Positions 11,848 to 21,791 of a stretch of 64,000 bases of DNA are shown one piece after another. Below the pieces are notes generated by a model, which had not been told where the DNA came from, made no database searches, and saw only the letters and a list, made by a program, of their open reading frames with translations. Within the stretch, counting starts at the first letter, position 1. The number at the start of each line of letters is the position of its first letter. This DNA comes from Oikopleura dioica (Eukaryota; Animalia; Chordata): assembly GCA_907165135.1 (NCBI GenBank), contig OU015569.1:434001-498000 (forward strand), in the 5' to 3' direction. The translations under genes were made by a program, and so were the position numbers.

Positions 11848-12536
11848 TCACTGGCTACTTTGGGTCTAAAGGTGTTAAGGGTGTACCGGGCGGTGAGATC
11901 ATAAACCTTGGAAGAATTCTAGCTCCTAACTATACTGATGGAATTCCTGTGGTTACCTCGCTACTAGGCCTCAGATTCTCATCTGAACCAGGGTGAGCTG
12001 GTCGGTCTATCGTTTTGATCAGAAATTGATCGATAGACATGCAGACTTTCGTAGAAAGTATTCCAAAAGTTTGAAGATATTTTGTAGTTAGTCCCTTATC
12101 CTTCCCCCGGTTACCCTAGTGAGAGGTGGTCTTGATTGGTCAGTTGAGGTTTCTTTTTCGGTCAAATGCGAGGGATACCCTTAAGATTGAATACTCTTTG
12201 ACATTCGATTATTGGAAAATTTTGGGTGTTGAGATTATTTTCGGAAAAGACTGTTGATCGCCCTGAGTGTAATTGAACTTGGGAAGCTAGTGATTATTTA
12301 ACTAAGTGCATTATGAATAGAACAGTTTATACCCGACCAATTCCCAATGGTGTGTTCTATGGGTCGAATCGTTAGTGAAAAATTGATTCGGAAAGCTTCG
12401 GCGCTTTGGCACCTTACTCCCTCCCGCGAAAACATAAGCACATTAGAATTAGAAAAATAATCACCCTGCGAGAGGTCCATGACGGAGCTATTTCACTGCG
12501 GCTTGTTGGGAATTGAACTTTAAGCGGGGCGGCTAG

Positions 12537-14207
12537 CTACACTACAGGTTGATTCAGTCGAGTTATTTCCTTAGCGAAAAATCTCACCTTGTTTCCAAAA
12601 ATAAGAAACACTAGAGCAATGAGTGTAAGTAGAGAGGCGCTAGAAACGATGAGGAAAAGTAGATTATTTTCCACATCCTCTTGGATGTCCTCGATGAAGG
12701 TTGGTTCGAACACGTCACTGCGGGTGACATTGAAGTTTCGATCATCGAATTCGAACTCAATCTCAGCCGCTGCTCTAGCGAGTGTCATATTTGAAGAGTA
12801 AATGCGATCAGTCTTAGTGATGGGTATCAAGAGGCCCTGGCAATGGACTTCTTGGTCAAGCTCTGACGCTTCGAAATAACGAAGACCCTGAAATAGGTCA
12901 CGTTTTCTTGCGAGGTCAGTAGACACTGAACGCACACGATGTTCCGCGGGCACAATACTGTAAACAACCGCGCCACTTCTCGTGTATGCGTAGGTGCATG
13001 GGGCTTCGCTTGGCCAAGATCTTGTAGGGCAAGTCGCTACGTCGCTCAAGCAAGAGTTTGAGCTGAGGGCAGAATTTTTGCAGACCATAAGTGTGTCACG
13101 TGAACTGTAGCATTCAAAACGGTTGAGCTGGAATAACCGGCCAGCGATCTCCGTTGCATATGGAGAAATTTGCGCCGCCGTTGTGACAAACTTGTCTTCA
13201 ATTTTTTCTACGATGCCAAAACTGGTTACTCGGTGAAGCTGACTGGGTTCAGCCATAATTACCGGAAACCTCATCTCGATATAGATTTTGATCGAGTTGT
13301 CATCGAGATACGACCCGATAAGTCTGGGCCGCAATTCTCTTGGAAGGTCGAAGAGCAAGTCTTTGCAAAATGTCATGCATGACTGTTCTCGCATAGATGG
13401 GCACGAAGCCGCAAGGCATCCGCTCCTCCAGAGCATAATGTAATCAATGGTTGGAGGGATGTTTCCTGTCGCGAGTTCGCTAACCTCACTGTCAATTTGC
13501 TCCAGATAGTTCTGAGTAGCCTGTGCTGCGATAGCACTTGTGCTGAGTTCGAACTTTTCGTTGGATTCAAGGCAGACCTGCTGTTCAAGAAGGTCGATTT
13601 TAGCGTAAGTCTCATTGATGCAAACGCTTACTGATGCCATTGAATCCTTCAACGCATTCTCAAGCGTATTCACGCGTTCCTTCGTATGAAGCGTGACTCT
13701 TTTCAAATTTTGAATTTGTATGTTATTTACGACCTTCATTGAAAAATTGAGAACGCTTGACAGAAGAGAAGCTCCCGCAACTAAATCGCGTTGTTTTCGA
13801 ATCACGTGACCAGATCTGAGAACTGACTTGCGTCTTCGCTCGCGCACGTCCCTTTTGAGCAAATTAGCTTCAGCATTGATTGCCGAAATTCGCCGTCTGA
13901 AATCAGAGTCGATCGAGTCCCGTAACGCGGCTAACCGATCTGAAGCGCGGCTATCTGAGCATTCCCTTCTAGCGCTTCGATCTTTGGAGAAGTATTTCTC
14001 GCAATTCTCTTTCGAGCACTTAGGGAGTACAATATTCAGATAAGGCTGCGTTGGTTTGGGCCGCTCAATTTCAACAATGTGAACCGCCCTTTGCCGTGAC
14101 AGATACACATCCCCAGACGCCTCAAGGACCACACCCCCTGGTAAGACCATGTCCCCGTAGCCGAGTGAAATCAGTTGAAGTGAGAAGAGCAGGAATCCGT
14201 TCGTCAT
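12537..14207 (-). CDS. env: Env-like class I fusion glycoprotein (556 aa)
   Basis: N-terminal hydrophobic leader, furin-type RKQR site followed by a hydrophobic fusion-peptide-like DLVAGASLLSSVLNFSM and a heptad region, Cys-rich ectodomain, and C-terminal TM LLFLIVSSASLLTLIALVFLIFG. Located between IN and the 3' LTR. Confidence 0.88.
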   Translation of the reverse strand: MTNGFLLFSLQLISLGYGDMVLPGGVVLEASGDVYLSRQRAVHIVEIERPKPTQPYLNIVLPKCSKENCEKYFSKDRSARRECSDSRASDRLAALRDSIDSDFRRRISAINAEANLLKRDVRERRRKSVLRSGHVIRKQRDLVAGASLLSSVLNFSMKVVNNIQIQNLKRVTLHTKERVNTLENALKDSMASVSVCINETYAKIDLLEQQVCLESNEKFELSTSAIAAQATQNYLEQIDSEVSELATGNIPPTIDYIMLWRSGCLAASCPSMREQSCMTFCKDLLFDLPRELRPRLIGSYLDDNSIKIYIEMRFPVIMAEPSQLHRVTSFGIVEKIEDKFVTTAAQISPYATEIAGRLFQLNRFECYSSRDTLMVCKNSALSSNSCLSDVATCPTRSWPSEAPCTYAYTRSGAVVYSIVPAEHRVRSVSTDLARKRDLFQGLRYFEASELDQEVHCQGLLIPITKTDRIYSSNMTLARAAAEIEFEFDDRNFNVTRSDVFEPTFIEDIQEDVENNLLFLIVSSASLLTLIALVFLIFGNKVRFFAKEITRLNQPVV

Positions 14208-14267
14208 CTGAAAAAAAAAGATTAGTCAATGGTTTGGTTTGGTCGAAATTTGATATTTTTGGTCAAA

Positions 14268-17200
14268 TCATTCCTTCGGGTCCTCCGGTGCTAATCTAAG
14301 ATGACGGATATTACGGACAAGCCTGTTCCCCGTTCCCAATTCTTCAAGTTCGTAGCTTCCGAATCGAAGGTATCGGACTACTCTGGCTAGGCCGGCAAAT
14401 TGAACATATGCCTTACGGGACGTATTCGGTTTCTGAGGGGACCAGAAGGCCACCTTCCGACCCACCGGTATCGAACCTTCCTGAGGGGCTTCTGGGAGAT
14501 CTTTTCCCGGTAATCGAGCTAAAAACTTGCTCTGAAGTTCTCCCGCAATTCGATGAAGCCAGCCCGAGCAATATGCGGCCCAATCCTCTGGGTCACCCGT
14601 TCCCTTCGGATCATCTGGGAGGCAGAATGTTGGGTAAGGCATAGGTCGCCCACTGATACATTCAGAAGGGGTCAGATTCCCGAGTGTACTACAGGGCGTG
14701 TTATTGAGGTGGTAAACCACAAATGCAATTTCTTTGCTCCATGTGGCAGGGTCAAGGCTCAGAATTTTGCTCTTGATCCCAATGGAACGAAATTTCCGCT
14801 CTGTGAGATTCCCTTGCGGCGAATAGGGGCTTATTCGGCTAATCTTGATATTGAATTTCTCAAGAAGCTCTGTCACGTGTTGATTGACGAATTCAAGCCC
14901 ATTATCGAAAGTAAATCTACCACCCATCGCATTGTTAGAAAGTATTAATTCTAAAATACCTTGAGCAACCTCCGGGGCCGATTTTGTTCTGAGGGGCTTG
15001 CAGACCACGAATCGAGTCATCTGGTCAACTCCCGCCAGAAGGTACCGAAAACCATCCTGGTCTACGCTTCCGAAATCACAGAGGTCTAGATAGACCCGCT
15101 CCCAAGGTTGGGACGCGATTTCTGGCTTTGGAACGTCGATGTTCCGGAGTGCTGGGCGTGGTTTAATCTGTAGACATTTCAGGCATGAGTTGCAGATTTC
15201 TCGCGCGACCGCCTGCGGATTTCGCATAATGAATTTCCGGCGTAGAATCTCCGAGAGACAGCCTGTACCCGGGTGGGCTTTGCAGACGTGGAGGAAACTG
15301 GCGACTTGGAGTGCGAGCTCATAAGGGAGGAATAACTTGTCTCTATTTTCCTTTTCGACATAGATTTCCCGCTCGTCAAGTGTCACTAGGTCCTTCTCAA
15401 GGAGTTTCTGCAGAAAAGCGTCGCTTTTCTGGATCCGATTGAGCTGAGCTGCAGTGAAACCGGTATCTCCGATGGTTAAAATCGGCGCGTCACTGTTGTT
15501 TTTCCGGATTCTGCGAGCGCGGCGCGTTTCAATCTGAAGACACGAGTAGACGGAATCAAATCCCGGTTCCAGCCTGATGACATTTGAGACCCTCTATCTA
15601 TATCGTCGGGTTCCGCGTAGTCATCGAACTCGCTGATGGGGACTGCTCTGCTGAGAGCATCGATGCCTACCATCATTGGGTCCGTTCCCTTAACATGCTC
15701 TATCGACGAGACATTGAAACGCGTTAATCGTTGTAATAAATTAACGACGCGTACAGGGAGCGATTTCCGCATTCGTTTCTCCTCAAGGACCTTCTGCAAC
15801 GAGAAATGGTCGCTGACCACTGTGACTGGTTGAAGATAAACCTGATCTTCGAAGTACTCAAGAGCACAAACGACCGCTGCCAGCTCAATGTATCTGGAAG
15901 CTAGCTTCGCTTCTGCGCTAACGAGTGCCCGTGAGAAGTAGCCGAGGGGTTGTAAGAGGCCAGATGGCAATTTTTGATGCAGTGCCCCTGCGATGGCTTT
16001 TGTGGATCCATCGGTCACAAGAACCAAAGGCAGTTCCGGGTCCCGATGTGCGAGCTCTGTTGCCGCTGCCAAATTGAGCTTGAATTTTTCAAAGCTCTCT
16101 TGATGCGCTGAAGTCCATGTAAAAGGCTCTTTCGAAGGAGCGCACAGCTTGTGTAAGGGCTCTAGAATCGCGGATGCGTCCTTTATAAAGTGGCGATAGA
16201 AAACTCCTAGACCGATAAAGGAACGCGTTTGTTTCCTCGATTTCGGCCGCGGAAAGTCAAGTATTGCCTGTACTTTCGACCGAATAGGCGCGACACCCCT
16301 CGATGTAACTGTGAAACCGAGGTAATCAAAAGAACTCGAACAAATAAAGGTCTTTTCAACCTTCAAAGTTACACCGCATTCCTTGAGCTTTTTGAGAACC
16401 CGCTCCAGAGCTTTCAAATGATCTTCGAACGATTGTGAGAGAATAAGCAAATCGTCCATTAAGATCATGACTTCCGGGTCGTCCTGAAAAATGCGGGACA
16501 CAGCCCTGGCAAAGCAACTTGGACTGTTCCTAAGTCCAAATAGCATGCGCAGTGCTTGGTATTGCTTGTCTCCGTAGCTGAATGCGCACTTGTGAGTGTC
16601 CTCCGAAAACAACCTAATCTGGTTAAAGGCTGAGCAAATATCTGAAGAGGACACCCACAGATTTCCTTTTGCCTTCGCAAATGTCTCTGAGACTCGAGTC
16701 ATCAGCGATTTTAGGCACGGAATGGGCCAGCGGTCAGGGATAGTCTCCAAGTTAAGGGCCCTCGCATCCAAAATTGGACGCGCAGACCCATCACGCTTTG
16801 CGATGAAAAAAAGCGGTAAATTATACCGGCTCGCGCATTCTTTAATGATCTTGTTGTCGAGCCATCTCTTGATAACTTGGTCTCCTTTTTCCCTGATCGC
16901 CTGTCTCGGAGCTCGCGGCTTCTCGTAGATCTCGGCATTTTCGTCTTTCAAATGAATACGAAAAGCCGTGTTACGCAAAAGCCCTATGTCGTCGGGACAA
17001 GTACTGAAAGCGGTCCTCTCTTTACTGAGTACTCCGAGTACTTGTGATTTCTGAGCAGCCGTTAGTTTTTCGCCCAGTTTGACGTTCTTATACGCATCGC
17101 TCTTGGATGGTGTATAACGGAGCTCCCGAGAAAGCAGGTGCTCTTTAAACTCCGAGTCCTGGTCGTCACTACTGTACAAATGGATGAGCTCATTGCAGCG

Positions 17201-17889
17201 CAAGTTTCCGCCTGGATCTTTCTCCATGTGAAATCCCTGGCGATTGGAATGCCCTTGGGAATCTCGATTTTCGATCCAGTGGTGTTCTGAACTAGCAACA
17301 TGAGCGTTGGATCTGGGTTGTACGAAGCTTCGACGACTGTCAGGTTATTTTCAAAAAGGAATCCCTTATCATCAGGACCGACAACAACACATCCCTCTTC
17401 CTCCCTGATTGGACACTCGACGGGCACGGGAGTGATTCCGAACGCCTCGATAGTGATATTATTGACCGAATTAAGACGTATATCTGTGCCATAATGGACC
17501 AACTCGGTGGTGTCTTGATCGAGGGTGATCAGGTTGTTCGCCTTATCGATAACGACTCGGTCATAATCGGATAAGCCGATGATCATGTCATACGACATTT
17601 GGGGGTAGATATAGAATGTTATTTGCCTAACTCGACCTCCGATCGATACTGGGAGCGTTATTTGCGATTTGATTTGGCATTTGGAACTATTTGCGACCCG
17701 AATTTGAGCGTTGGTTTTGACCGGTGGATGAGTTGAAGTAAATTTATCTGCAACTCGGGGATGAATTAACTGACAGTTACAGCCACTATCGGCAAGTGCA
17801 GAAAATTCTTGGCCATTGATGGAAACGCGAAAATGGGGCAGAAAAGTTGGGGAGCTGACAGTGTGAACCTCGGGTACTTCTGGGCCTAG
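14268..17889 (-). CDS. pol: Pol polyprotein (protease, dUTPase-like linker, RT, RNase H, integrase); two -1 frame breaks as assembled
   Basis: Protease ALADSGC near 17780; RT LFGLRNSP and LMDDLL; RNase H LVTDGS...ELAAV...SDH...DALSR; integrase HVCKAH...CNSC and D-D-E (LDLCD, FDNG, TERKF). Frame switches occur near 17233 and near 15560-15590. Confidence 0.92.
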
Positions 17890-19296
17890 TCAATGGTTAT
17901 TTCTGGCCGAGTACGGACAAGCAGCGGGGAAGTGTCTCGGAGGGTAACCCTCCGAGTTAAGTGGGCAGTGGTAGCATCGTGGCTTCTGACTACCCCGTGG
18001 CTTCTGGGGCTTATCATCAGAGCGAGCACTGGGTGGTGCACTCGATTCCGCTGCATTGACCGATTTCGTATTGAGAGCCTTTAGCTGCGCTAGAATAGCA
18101 GTGAGAGCACTCGCGTTCTCCTCGTTACTTTTATCGAGTTTTTTCTCAAGGCGGTCCATTCTAAGCTCTGCCTCTCTAAATCGATCATTTCCGCCGCGCA
18201 TCTGTTCGAGTGCTGGACACGCACTCATATAGTGTCCAGTCCGGCGACAGAAGTGGCACTTAATGGGACCCCTGGCAGCGGCAGCATTTACATCATAACC
18301 TTCGAAGTCATCGAGGTCGTCAACGACTTCGTCAATCGAGTTGACCGCTGCACCCGGGGACCCAAAAGCACTTGTGAGCGTTTCAAGCAAGTCAGTGATC
18401 TCGTACAAGTCACAAGTCTGGTTCGTAGACGACCAAGCTGTTATAAACGACATGTACATTTGTCTGGGTAGGATCTTTTTCAGATTGTTCTTCAAAGTCG
18501 CTCGCTTGAACTCAGGCGGCAGATAGGTAAAGCCACTCTGTGGATTTTCAAGGAGCACTTGAAGTCTGTAAAAGGCGGCCATAGTAGATTCATTCGGCCC
18601 GCGCTCAAGATTTGCGAGCTGGGATGCCACTCGATCCTGGTTAAGCCCAAGACGCTTTCGCACACTTCGCTCTGCATCAGTAAATGAGCAAAGATTCGAG
18701 ATACCGGCCTGCTTGCCTAGTTCAGCGGAGAGTTTTAATCGCAGAACAAATAATTTGTCAGCGGAGCTCCAACCATAAACATCGGCTGCTTTCGCAATTT
18801 CCGCAAGCAGAGTTTCGACTTCAGTGACTGATCGCTTTGTCACTGCTCGAATGTCTCTTGATTCTTTAGCAAGTGTGCTCACTCGCGATTTTCCGTGGTC
18901 GGCTTGCGAAAAATTATTGAAAGAGTCCCTTCTAAGGTCGGCTCTGGTAGTGCTACGTGGTAGTTTCCGCGCTGGGTCTTGTGGAAGGTCACTAGGATAG
19001 GAGTTCGGTGACAATCGAGACTTTTTTTGTTTTAATTCGTCATCGATGTACTCGTCGGAAAGAGCGTCACGGTCATCCTGGTCCTCAACGTGATCTCCTG
19101 TTTCTGATGGGATCGCCCCTTGCATGTTCACAAGATAGGTTGAGTCGTCTACCGTTCTACGACAACCGTTTTCTTGCGCAAAATCATGAAGCCGTTGGAA
19201 AATTTCATCATCGGTTCCCTCGGGGTCAAGTCCCTTCTTACGTAAAACAGCGCGAATCTCGCTTCGGCTCAAGTTGGTAAGCTTCTTCAAAGTCAT
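17890..19296 (-). CDS. gag: Gag with CCHC zinc knuckle
   Basis: ORF of about 468 aa from the first ATG, containing CHFCRRTGHYMSAC (CX2CX4HX4C). First ORF after the 5' LTR leader. Confidence 0.9.
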   Translation of the reverse strand: MTLKKLTNLSRSEIRAVLRKKGLDPEGTDDEIFQRLHDFAQENGCRRTVDDSTYLVNMQGAIPSETGDHVEDQDDRDALSDEYIDDELKQKKSRLSPNSYPSDLPQDPARKLPRSTTRADLRRDSFNNFSQADHGKSRVSTLAKESRDIRAVTKRSVTEVETLLAEIAKAADVYGWSSADKLFVLRLKLSAELGKQAGISNLCSFTDAERSVRKRLGLNQDRVASQLANLERGPNESTMAAFYRLQVLLENPQSGFTYLPPEFKRATLKNNLKKILPRQMYMSFITAWSSTNQTCDLYEITDLLETLTSAFGSPGAAVNSIDEVVDDLDDFEGYDVNAAAARGPIKCHFCRRTGHYMSACPALEQMRGGNDRFREAELRMDRLEKKLDKSNEENASALTAILAQLKALNTKSVNAAESSAPPSARSDDKPQKPRGSQKPRCYHCPLNSEGYPPRHFPAACPYSARNNH

Positions 19297-19845
19297 TTTC
19301 AAATAATGAAGAAGAAAAAATTACCCGTTACTTTACTAGCCGATTCGTGAAATTTGGCGTCGATGAAACTTTGGATTTCGATTTTTCAAAATTCAGAAAA
19401 TTATAATTTTCTAAAATCTGATTGAAAAAAAAACCGCCAAAAATTTGACCTTCCTCAAAAAATTTGACCAAAAATTAATTTTTCCGAGTGATAACTTTTG
19501 AAATTTTACTTTGGAAAAAGTTTGACTGTTTCTCCCAAAATTGAAATTTCTAATATTCAAAAATATCACCCAAAAAAATAAGACCTTTCAAAAACCTCTC
19601 GTACCTTTTCGCCCGTTGTAGCGCGCAGTCAGCGTCGTCGGAGAAGTTGGCGTGGTTGATGGAGTTGTTGTGGGTGCTGCAGTTGGTGGCGCCGCGGAGA
19701 GCACTGGCCGGTTCTGGAGCTGAAGTGAAGTTTGGAAGTTCGCAGTTGGAGTCCAAAGATCGTAATCGGAATTCGTATCGTGACGTCTTCTTCTGTAAAT
19801 CTCTAGGTTGACTGGAAACTCTTCGTTTGCGTGTTCGAAAAAAAA

Positions 19846-19863
19846 TATCCTTTTCAGTCACCA
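19846..19863 (-). promoter_or_regulatory. Primer-binding site (TGGTGAC..., possibly tRNA-Trp)
   Basis: TGGTGACTGAAAAGG starts 1 nt after the 5' LTR. It is complementary to a tRNA 3' end GTCACCA, as in eukaryotic tRNA-Trp; the tRNA identity is not verified. Confidence 0.65.
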
Positions 19864-19864
19864 G

Positions 19865-20101
19865 TGTAATAATCCACTGGTAACTTTCTGCTGAGTCAGG
19901 CAAGATGTAGCCGCTAGCTCTTGCAAATATAGACTGGTTTATTGAGAATAGAAAACTGAGAGGAGCAATCGTGTACAGCTGACGAGAAGAGTGAGAGTCA
20001 GCGGGGAGTAACTAATAGGGGCCAAAAGGGGCTTTGATCAGGCTAAATATAGGTTCTATGATTGACAGCCTAGGGACTGTAGCTAAAACTAGAACACTTC
20101 A
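19865..20101 (-). repeat. 5' LTR
   Basis: Direct repeat of 10710-10946, followed on the minus strand by the PBS. Confidence 0.95.
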
Positions 20102-20454
20102 AGATGAACGATTTTCATCATCAGATCATTATCGCCGATTTTTTCTCAGCTGGTTTTGGCCTCGAAGAAATTGTGACCTACTCTCTGCAATTAACAAATT
20201 ATTGCACTGATCTCTTCAAATTCTAGAAGGCAAAGATTATCCCTGACCAACCTGAAAATTTCATAAAAAATTCAACTCAAAGAGCGAAATAGGAAAAAAT
20301 CCTTTTTTTGAAAAAAACTAGAATTTGTCTGAAAAAGTTGGTTTGAGTTTAATTTTTTGATTATCATTTCAAAAATCGCCATTCAAGGGCTAAAAATGGG
20401 GCAAAATTGAAATCCACCGCGCAATTTGCCAATTTTTCTCGATTCTAGAGAAAA

Positions 20455-21050
20455 GTCTCTAGAACCGGTTTCAGATTTAAAACCACTTCCGCCTAGGCTT
20501 TTATTGAAACAATTCAAAATCCAAGCTATTAATTGGATCAAATAACGGTTTTGACTTCAATTTTCCGATTTTCTGTTGAAAATTTCTTGTAGAAAAAAAT
20601 CGCAATTTAAAAAGCAAGATAATATATTTTTTCATGAAAATTTTCTAGAACAATTAAAATTCTAAAACCGGGAATAAGGATTTTTTCTATAGGAATTTTT
20701 CAACAGGGAATCGAAAAAATGAAGTCAAAGCCGATTTTTGATGCAAATAAAATGGCTTTGACTTCAATTTTTCGATTCCCTGCTGAAAATTTCTTATAGA
20801 AAAAAATCCCTATTCCCGGTTTTAGTGGTTTCGTTGTTCTAGAAATTTTTTATGAAAAAAATTTTATAATTTTGCTTTTTGAATTGTGATTTTTTCTATA
20901 AGAAATTTTCAACAGCAAATCGAAAAATTGAAGTCAAAGCCGTTTTTTGATTCGAATAATAGCTTGGATTTTGAATTGTTTTAATAAATACCTAGGCAGA
21001 AGTACTTTTATAATTGAATCGAAAATTCAGCTTGTTCTAGAGATTTCTAG
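20455..21050. repeat. AT-rich foldback element with nested inverted repeats
   Basis: Units such as gaaaaaatgaagtcaaagccg / ggctttgacttcaattttt and aatagcttggattttgaattg / caattcaaaatccaagctatt are arranged symmetrically around ~20750. Confidence 0.65.
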
Positions 21051-21431
21051 AACATAATTTGGCGTCAATTCTATTGTCAAGTTGAAGACTAATAAAATTC
21101 TTCGCATAGCAGGTGGCGGCTTGTTTCCATCTGATAAGTTGCATTGGCGGCAAATTGGCGACCATTAGGAGCAGGCGGCAAAAAGCAGCAGTTCCCATCT
21201 GCGAATCGAAAAAATCGGGCGCCCCCGAGCGAGGAGCCGTTGAGACGGTGAAATCTCGGACGCGATCAGTCTTTTTTTTTCTCACAAGAAAAATAAATAA
21301 AAAATCGAATTTTCCGAGAGTTTTACGAGAAGAATAAAAAGAGCAAAAGAAAAAAGAAGAATTTCTGAAGTTGGGGAAATCGAAGGTAGTACCCTTAAGA
21401 AAAAAATCGAAAAAAAAGAAAAATTGAAGAC

Positions 21432-21791
21432 ATGGAGGAGAAACTCGAGCTGACGTCACTGGTGGTGGTTGGAATTCTCTCCGCTTCGGTGTCATTTTTG
21501 CTCTTCATTTTCTGCGGAATCATGAGCTACAAACTCTGGTGGAAGCGAAACGAGTACCGCCGATTCGTCAAGGAAAGCAACTCGCGCGCGGACAACTTGA
21601 CAACCGTCTTCGTCGGCTGGAATCCGATCTACGTGCCGCCCTGCTCCACGCACCGAATTCTCCAAATGAGCAGAGACGAATCTTCCGACTCGAGCCAAAA
21701 TCGACATCGCATTTCCGATCACGTGGTCTTCTTGCAAGCGGGACAAGCGGACGAGACTTGCGACGAGTTCTTCTACCGCGGCTTCGGATAA
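21432..21791 (+). CDS. Small single-pass membrane protein (119 aa), orphan
   Basis: Single ORF with an ATG start, TM segment LVVVGILSASVSFLLFIFCGIM followed by basic YKLWWKR, and GC-rich coding-like codon use. Confidence 0.55.
   Translation: MEEKLELTSLVVVGILSASVSFLLFIFCGIMSYKLWWKRNEYRRFVKESNSRADNLTTVFVGWNPIYVPPCSTHRILQMSRDESSDSSQNRHRISDHVVFLQAGQADETCDEFFYRGFG

Larger units (their letters stand above)
10710..20101 (-). mobile_element. Full-length Ty3/gypsy LTR retroelement with env (Tor-like endogenous retrovirus-like element)
   Basis: Two 237-bp LTRs (10710-10946 and 19865-20101), identical by eye, with TG...CA ends. 4-bp TSD AGAT at 10706-10709 and 20102-20105. PBS and PPT present. Gene order gag, PR-RT-RH-IN, env. 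Confidence 0.96.

Noticed and set aside
15557-17236. Two programmed -1 frameshifts in pol at matching GGGATTT (G GAU UUN) slippery-like sites
   Set aside because: The repeated motif in the same phase is striking, but both breaks are also fixed by adding one G to a G-run, and identical -1 homopolymer breaks occur in at least eight host-gene positions. A frameshift between RNase H and integrase would be very unusual. Accurate reads would decide.
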